Made by a program: the position numbers and the translations under genes. DNA of 60,994 bases, filler included, from Bipalium vagum (Eukaryota): assembly GCA_037834085.1 (NCBI GenBank). It is 3 parts of 3 records of this genome, joined end to end, with 100 filler letters (N's around TTAATTAATTAA, not from the genome) between each part and the next. Parts side by side here need not be neighbours in the genome. Positions count along the whole stretch, not along the records: positions 37,610 to 60,994 come from JBBMKC010209374.1; 2 more parts are not named here. The stretch is one strand, 5' to 3'. Under the pieces are notes generated by a model, which saw only the letters and a program-made list of their open reading frames with translations, was not told the DNA's origin and did not search any database. Shown piece by piece: positions 54,901-60,994 of the stretch. Numbering within the stretch: the first letter of the stretch is position 1; every line of letters begins with the position of its first letter.

Positions 54901-57900
54901 ATACATTCCAGGATAATGAACCTTTATATTTGTAACCTTTTTTGGTCCACAACCACAATCTATCAAGTATTCGTCGTCATCTCTCATTTTGCCAAAGATC
55001 TCTGTGAGATAAATTGAAAATTAGTCGGGGGATGTAGCTCAGCGGCCAGAGCAGTGCGCATATGAAGGTCCCGGGTTCAAATCCCGGTATCTCCGATTAA
55101 TTTTTACTAACATGGCGACCACACCAGGACACCAATCAGCGGACGAGGTCTCGAAGGTAAAATAGTAAAGGAATGGAATGAAAATTGAAGTAAAGAGACT
55201 CGGGGCGGTTAAGGGTATGGATGTGAGCTTTAAAGGAGGGGGATGTGAGATAAATTGAAAATTAGTCGGGGGATGTAGCTCAGCGGTCAGAGCAGTGCAT
55301 GCGCATGTGACGGTCCCGAGTTCTAATTCCGGTATCTCCAATTATTATTATCTCCCAATCTTTGCCTCAGTTTTTGTACTTTATTTTTTATTGGCAATAA
55401 ATAATAATGATTTGTGCCATCAGGCATATAAGCTTTTATCTTGGAGGATGTTAGATTTTCCTTACTTTGACGAATTGATTGACCATATTTTAATAACACT
55501 TCTTCTAACTCTTTTCTGTGATGTACTGAAAAGGTTACCCAATTACGGAGTTTGTTTACTATCTTTTCCAATATCTTAACTGGTATCGGCATTTTGACAA
55601 CGGAATTTAATAAAAACTTGATTTTAACATGATCCAGATTATTTTTAACCAACTCTTGCGTGAGTTTGGTGGGAATATTTTGCATATGCTTATAGTCTTG
55701 TTCGCTTATATCTGTCACAGAGCAACACCATTTCTTCATTTATAACCTCTTCGGGTTCACAATAAATATCAATTATATTATGCCAACCTGGTAATATTAT
55801 ACCATAATCCAGGAGACTATTGTTGGGATCTAATTCTATGCCATAATATTTTAATTTCAAATTTCTATTAATCAATTCCTTAACGTTACTGATTATTTCT
55901 TGTACCATTGTAGCTGTAGTTGCTGTATTTAATACCATTACATTATCAGGGTATCTGTAATATAGGGTAAATTGCTCATTTGTCTTTGGATATAACCTGC
56001 CGAATGTTTTTAATAATTTGAATTCAATATCTTTACCTATTGGATTTTGAAGTAACAAATACTTTGCTTCTTGTAAATTATCTATGGGTACTTCTCCACT
56101 AACACATTTTTCTGCGATCTGTCGCGCTGCTCTATAATGTTGAGCTCTGTCAGAAATAACTATAATTTGATCATCTGAAGGGACTTCCTCAGGATTACTT
56201 TGATCCATTTTGGAATAATCATTTTTCAAAATTTTTTCTAACCTTTCTATATAGGCTAACCGATTTTGGGAATTAATATCTGTCTCGTCTTGGAAAGTAT
56301 TAATTTGACCTGATAGTTTAAGACAACTTCTTTGAGTATGCCCAAATTTTCCACATATATAACATTTGATCTTTCCCTCAAATTTTATTTCCTGCCGTTG
56401 GGGATAATTATAATTGATGCTTCGACAGACATCTTTAACGTGGCCTCTTTTACCACATTGTGCACATTGTAGGTTCATGGCCCTACAATCATTTGCTAAC
56501 TGATTTCTACGAGCACACTTCGTGCATTGCTTACTGAACTGATTATTATTAAACTGATTATTAAATTGATTATTATTATTATGAAATTGATTATTATTTA
56601 GACTTACAGCTCTAATTTGAAATTGATCTTTTATGACGGGACGTGAACTATTACCATCTAAGGCATTATAAGTTTTAGTGGCAAATCCATTGAATCTCAC
56701 ATTTTTACTGACATTATTAATATTATTTGGACAATTTCGGGCTTCATTTCCTACTTCATTGCACCGATAACACTGTATAGTTTGCTAATTTATTACCTGT
56801 TGTGGCGATTTGGGTCTCTGTCCCAGGGACTGCGGGTTTTTAGTTATGAAATTTAATGCCTTTACTTCTACTGTGGTTTCGGCTAATTTTGCTTTTTCTA
56901 ATAACTTATCGAATACATCATGTCCATACATTATGATAGAAGATTGTATTTCGATTTTTAAACCAGGCCACCATTGGTCTTTGAATATTGATTGTGTATT
57001 TGCGTCCCAATTGTTTTGGATGCCGAAAGCTCTCTGGGCTACGGTCCTTAATTTGTGAGTATAATCCGCTACAGTTTCATTAAACTGTTGCACTGTAATG
57101 GCAAATTGCCTTCTAAAGAGATGCCCTGTATCGCCTGTTTAACCTTTGACTAACTTTTATTTTTAACTTTTTTTACCAAATCTAAATAATCACCCCAAGC
57201 TGCGCCTTTTAAATATATGGGCAAATGGTTCATCATGATTTTTTCAGAGAATCCGTATGTTTTCATTATGATATAATAATTTGCTAAGAAATCGGGTAAC
57301 TCTGCTGGGTTCCCATTGAAAACATCAATTTTAATATAACCATTATAAATTTGACTTGGATTTTCATCATCATTTGGTTGTTTTTCTTGTGCTGCCATAT
57401 CGTTTTCTATTAAATTATCAATTATTTCTGTGATTCTTTGTCGAGTCTGCCTACGTGTAAGCTTAACCTTTTTATCTGTTTGAGGATCTATTTTACGATG
57501 CCTTGATTTATGTAGTGGTGAATCTGTCTGTGTAGCAAGATCAAGAGTTTCAATTACTTTTAATTGATCCTTGTCTTCTGTTGCTGTGACTTTAGAATTT
57601 ATCATTTTACTTTGAATAGTGCTCCGAGTGTGATCACGTCAGGCTCACCAAATGTTAAGTTCCTAAAAAGTTGCTGATTTTAAAAAGATCGAACTTGGGG
57701 TTTTAGGTCACTTAACAAAGTACTTAATATCAGAAGAGTTTACGGATGAACATTCAAGCACAATATAAAAATTACTATTACAATAAATCAAAACGAAATG
57801 AAAAAATTTTTGTAAACAAAATCTTTATTGATAAATCTCTTTCACAAACTTTAAATGACAAGTTAACAATGAGATTTTAAACTGATTGATCAGAAATATT

Positions 57901-60900
57901 TAGACACCGACTTAGTCTAGTGTGCTAAAGCTCTCAGGAAGTTTGCCAGCTAGCGTCAGTGCAAACTCTGAACAAAAAAGGAAGAAAAAGAGAAACAGCA
58001 AAATCTATTTGATCAACGGTAAAGTACCGAGTAATTATTAAAAAGAAAATATTAATTTAAACTTTATGTCAATCGGTTAAGATTGCGTAAAGGATTGAAT
58101 TGAATATCTTTAAAAATTAATTTAATACTTCTGTTTTGATAGAATCAAACAGAGTATGTATGGTTAAATAATAGTAATAATAATTATTTATAGAAGAATT
58201 TGGTGATCGTCAGTTACAAATCTCTCACATAAAAAATAAAATTACAATACAATAAATGTTTATTAATCGATAAAAGTTTTCAACAATCAAATAATGTTTT
58301 TTGATCACTGAGATGAAATGTTTATTTTGGTATGCTCCACAGATCCATTAGACAATTTGGTCATTATCATCAATTTTATTCTCGTATTTATTCGACAATT
58401 TGGTGGTTATTTGGATTCTTTTTTACCATCTGATAAAGTGTTATCGTTTTTATCTTGTTAGTACCATTTATACAATGTGATATAAATTCAAGTTATTGCT
58501 TTACTGATTTCTGAAATTGCACAGTCTAATAGAATCGAAGTCAGTTTAAATTAGAAATATTTAATACTTTACAATATTTAATAATCATTAAAAAGAGAAA
58601 TAATTTGAACAAAATATGTAAACAATTAAAGGTCATTTAAATAATTAAATACAATAATAAATAAGTAAGTATAAAAACAATTAAAAGTATCGGTGACAAA
58701 TATAAGTCATTTAAATAATAAAAATAGTATATTTTAATGTAGAATTACTGAATTTATCAGCACAATGAGGTCTCAATAATATTTGGCAATAGTGAAAGTG
58801 CCTTAATTTTTATCAAAATATTACTATTACTTCTATGAATTTGAGTTTCTTCCGTAATCAAATTATCATCGTGTAATTCTAACTCAGCCTTCAGTTCATT
58901 GATCCGACTTTGTAAAAATCCTAATTGAGAGGACCCTATCCAATACTTATTGAGTAGTTTTTCAATAGTCTCCAGAGATTGAGATATTCCAAGTTTACTG
59001 TAAGCTTGAGTCTTGGTTGACAAGATCTTAAAAGGTTTTATTATCAGATAATAAGAGTTCATCATCAATTTTAATTTATTAATAAATATTTTTTTCAAGT
59101 TTATATCCATCATAAAATATCAAGTCGTTTTATAAGTCTTTACGAATTATCATCGACTATTTTTAATGTTGTTTTTCTATATCTATTGAATTTTAGATAT
59201 ACCAATCATTTAAAATTATGTAATGAAATTATATTTATATGTTATATATTTATTTATAATTATATATTTATTTTTTTATAGGTTTAGTTAATTATTAATT
59301 TTAGTGATGGCCTTTGCAAAAGAAATGATTAGAACATGCATGTTATATGATTTTAAATCCGGACTAAACGCAAGGCAGTCCAGTGACAGGCTATGCATGG
59401 CACTGGTCGATCATCCATGTCTAAGTAAATGTGAAAAATGATACAGATAGTTCCGCAAGTAAAGATTTAATAAAAAAAAGCACCTGTGCAAGAATATCTC
59501 AGTCGAAAAACGTTAGAATTAGCCAAACTCACAAATACTTCTAAAAAACTGCCTATGACATGTGACTAAAATGAGAAAACTTTTATGTAGGATAAATGGG
59601 TTCCACATCTTTAAAGTGAACAGCAACTTTTAAATCGAGTGACAATTTGTAATACCTTCAATCACAATCGCTAGACATAGTTCTTGTAACGGATTGTGTT
59701 TATTTTATTATAAAATGTTTGGTGTTAACTTTTATTTATTTCTGTACTCATTACAGTACCTCTTCTAAGATCAGTAACCAGATAAAATAAAGTTAAATTA
59801 ATATAATCAAACTGTAAAATCTGAAAATCCCATACATCAATATTAGATCTGCTCCAATAATCCAGAACATTTGCCGTGTAATTCATGATAACCTCGCCAA
59901 TTTCTTTCATGGTTGTTGTCCAGTTGGCCAGCAAATCTAACCGTAAAAGAAGTGCATCTTCGATGGCATCAAAATCAGGGGTGCAGATTTCAACGCAAAT
60001 CGAAGGTACGTTTCTTATTTGGTCCTGGTGGATATTCTCCAGTTCCCATCTCTGAGGAGAATCGTTTTTGCACCTGAAAACCTTTTCTCCTTTGTGAAAT
60101 ATAACCTATTCTTGATATTATAAAGAATAATAAAAAATAGAAACCAACGTTATTGGATTTATAATTGTTTATCATCGTCACTGGTATTTTGAAGTCCGTT
60201 TTGTTCAGTCTTAATTTCAAGGGATTCAATTTTCTACTTTGTGAAATCAGGGTCTCGATATTTTGCAGCCATGTGAAATATTCGGATAGGTGAATCTAGT
60301 GAAAGATCCAAATAAATTTCGGGAAATATTTATGTTTTAATTATTATTATTTTTATTTAATTTAAATAAGTATTACATTTATTATTTTAGTATATTATTA
60401 TTATAAATATTAATATTATTATTTTATTAACTTTTTTTATATGATTTTTAAAAAATCCATCAAAATTTTTATGTTTATTGACGTTTTATCGTTTCATTCC
60501 AATCTGATTGATTCTTGAGTAAAATTTCTGCTCTATTTGCTTTCCAAGTATATTAAATTAAATCTTGATAAAATAATTAATTTAACAGTATAAGAGAACT
60601 TCTGAAAAAGGATTAATTAATTTATTTATTGAACTCTCTCTATTTATAACAATTCAAATTATATATGTAATCTCTACGGTTACCTTAAAAAAAATAATAT
60701 TGGAAAAAATAAAGGGTTTCATTATTATACTAATTATTATTAAAATATTTAATATCAGTTAATAGCCCACATAAAGTAAATCAATATATTATCCTTTTAA
60801 CTACCTTCATTGATTTATAAATGTCATTTGCCTCTTCGTAATTGCCATCATATTTCAGTCTTTTCATTTGATCTCTTTCCATTTGACAAATTTGTACTAT

Positions 60901-60933
60901 TCCAATTTTGTATTGTAGGACAGTCTGATAAAA
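39975..60933 (-). CDS. Plakin-family protein (plakin domain with SH3 insert, C-terminal plectin-type repeats), 5' end outside the window. Exons 60933-60805, 60295-60149, 60105-59836, 59026-58831, ~46408-46275, ~46190-46161, 45882-45770, 44490-43958, 40480-39975
   Basis: Spliced LNPLKLR..IPVTMINNYKSNN/VIFHKGEKV..NDSPQRWEL..VPSICVEICTPD..A matches the plakin SH3 (PLK.R..P...CDYKQ....KG......W......VPSVC...PP). Last exon has plectin-repeat motifs VYDTKRQMLLTPEQAVDNGL and IYDPDGNTWVSLKEAVDRNI. Phases are consistent; the middle exons are less certain. Confidence 0.75.
40640..41400 (+). mobile_element. Decayed mariner element
   Basis: DRIITEVEKWVFYDN, KVMLSAW, HPPHSPEISSLDYYLF; mariner-like 3' TIR ..AAAGACTTTTT..CCTAATA. 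Confidence 0.8.
42024..43203 (-). mobile_element. Tc1/mariner superfamily element (maT/rosa-like) with both TIRs
   Basis: TA TSD at both ends; TIRs CAGGGTG(C/T)TTATT..GTATGTTAACATAC; transposase WSDES, VWCGLS, GPFFF, QQDGAPAH; SPDL segment deleted. Confidence 0.9.
43330..43830 (+). mobile_element. Decayed mariner fragment
   Basis: WVTEFK and GRFITADNSLIYHHDP (RFITGDETWIHHYDP-like). Confidence 0.6.
44800..45500 (-). mobile_element. Decayed mariner fragment (N-terminal part)
   Basis: KFKNGCIKVTDEPHKGRPATS, RLTIRDI, LVPKGL. Confidence 0.7.
47200..47780 (-). mobile_element. Possible piggyBac transposase remnant
   Basis: Through stops: FKTVIYQNQLYTTNR..EVSTF..PTI..DAMS*NE..DR resembles the PGBD IV.QTNLYA..E...F..P....AMSRNRF..DR motifs. 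Confidence 0.45.
48150..48713 (-). repeat. 3' LTR (~564 bp)
   Basis: Starts TG immediately after the polypurine tract; ends ACA; contains AATAAA. End boundary inferred. Confidence 0.6.
49380..51700 (-). pseudogene. Two diverged tandem copies of an unknown retroelement accessory module (A ~51700-50525; B ~50480-49380)
   Basis: Paired motifs VQQFNKYPYLE/VQQFNKFTYLE, HVCNYSVILLVGGIP/HVCNHSVIFRVGGVP, DFQYIPQLR/DFQYLPQLR, QCVQHTHLLREIWF/QCVQQTYILLEIWF, NSNEAIL (both), GSG. Confidence 0.7.
52142..53924 (-). pseudogene. env-like chuvirus (Jingchuvirales)-type glycoprotein, frameshifted
   Basis: Signal-like N-terminus; YDC..YSL....C; YYCGMNRHTS; YVNNKINYL...L..IY.....DC....IL.N.L.LA...P; GLYS..DI...R..LLFP; TM region IWGGFTTFSTWVAGFSGIYFIWQIIK. 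Confidence 0.8.
55028..55095 (+). tRNA. tRNA-Ala-derived pseudogene within TRIM LTR1 (4-bp deletion in the anticodon arm)
   Basis: GGGGATGTAGCTCAGCGG..GAGC..GGTCCCGGGTTCAAATCCCGGTATCTCC. Confidence 0.7.
55269..55340 (+). tRNA. tRNA-Ala-derived pseudogene within TRIM LTR2 (decayed B box)
   Basis: GGGGATGTAGCTCAGCGGTCAGAGCAGTGCATGCGCATGTGACGGTCCCGAGTTCTAATTCCGGTATCTCCA. Confidence 0.7.
57633..57650 (-). other. Primer-binding site, tRNA-Trp type
   Basis: TGGTGAGCCTGACGTGAT, 2 nt after the LTR-terminal CA; 16/18 match to TGGTGACCCCGACGTGAT. Confidence 0.85.
57653..58218 (-). repeat. 5' LTR (~566 bp)
   Basis: TGTAAC...TTAACA directly upstream of the PBS and gag. Start boundary inferred from TG and length. 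Confidence 0.65.
59320..59720 (+). mobile_element. Decayed mariner fragment (N-terminal part)
   Basis: IRTCMLYDFKSGLNA (mariner HTH) and KWVPH. Confidence 0.7.
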
Positions 60934-60994
60934 CTGGGAGAAAATAATCATTAATAATTATTATTATTAATTAATAATTAATAATATTGATAAT

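Larger units (their letters stand above)
55003..55349 (+). mobile_element. TRIM (miniature non-autonomous LTR retrotransposon) with tRNA-Ala-derived LTRs
   Basis: LTR1 55003-55112 (TGTGAG..CTAACA); PBS TGGCGACCACACCAGGAC 55113-55130; PPT AAAGGAGGGGGA 55232-55243; LTR2 55244-55349; TSD ATCTC at 54998-55002 and 55350-55354. Confidence 0.9.
54127..57605 (-). pseudogene. gag polyprotein with capsid-like region, four zinc knuckles and two ubiquitin-like domains (frameshifted, interrupted by the TRIM)
   Basis: FNGNP..LPDFL..Y..LPIYLKGAA; QQFNETVADYTHKL; knuckles CYRCNEVGNEARNC, CTKCARRNQLANDC, CAQCGKRGHVKDVC, CYICGKFGHTQRSC; UBL-like LKLKYYGIELDPNNSLLDYGI and IFGKMRDDDEYLIDCG. Confidence 0.85.
48150..58218 (-). 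mobile_element. Gypsy-like LTR retroelement (gag-UBL / env / orphan modules, no pol) in a plakin intron
   Basis: 5' LTR 58218-57653 (TGTAAC..TTAACA); tRNA-Trp PBS 57650-57633; PPT GAAAGGGGGAGAAA (~48727-48714) followed by LTR 48713-48150 (TGTAGAG..GATAACA). The two LTRs are only weakly similar. Confidence 0.8.

Noticed and set aside
55039-55341. 100-aa minus-strand ORF across the TRIM
   Set aside because: Antisense read of tRNA-like repeats, with no protein features.
55003-55349. Tandem tRNA gene pair or CRISPR-like repeat-spacer unit
   Set aside because: PBS, PPT and TSD positions explain it as an LTR element; the context is eukaryotic with only two repeats.

Overview
Very AT-rich eukaryotic (animal) genomic DNA with ~50-bp GT-AG introns. 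A planarian-like flatworm origin is my inference only. Two 100-bp spacers (N44-TTAATTAATTAA-N44 at 19283-19382 and 37510-37609) divide the window into three pieces whose adjacency is not sequence-supported. Host genes: a complete 3-exon mitochondrial phosphate carrier (SLC25A3-like, minus); a head-to-head RASSF1/3/5-like gene (plus, 3' end not found); the 3' part of a PSD/EFA6 Sec7-PH ARF6-GEF (plus); and the 3' part of a compact plakin (plakin-SH3 plus plectin-type repeats, minus). Introns are full of decayed mariner/Tc1, hAT and piggyBac elements. One plakin intron holds a ~10-kb pol-less Gypsy-like LTR element: gag with zinc knuckles and two ubiquitin-like domains, a chuvirus-type glycoprotein env, and a duplicated orphan module. 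Top finding: a 347-bp miniature LTR retrotransposon (TRIM) at 55003-55349 whose ~110-bp LTRs consist mostly of a tRNA-Ala-like gene, with a PBS, a PPT and a 5-bp TSD. A solo LTR of a sister subfamily lies at 22174-22291 with a perfect 5-bp TSD and looks like an ordinary tRNA gene. All family assignments come from motif recognition by eye; no searches were run.
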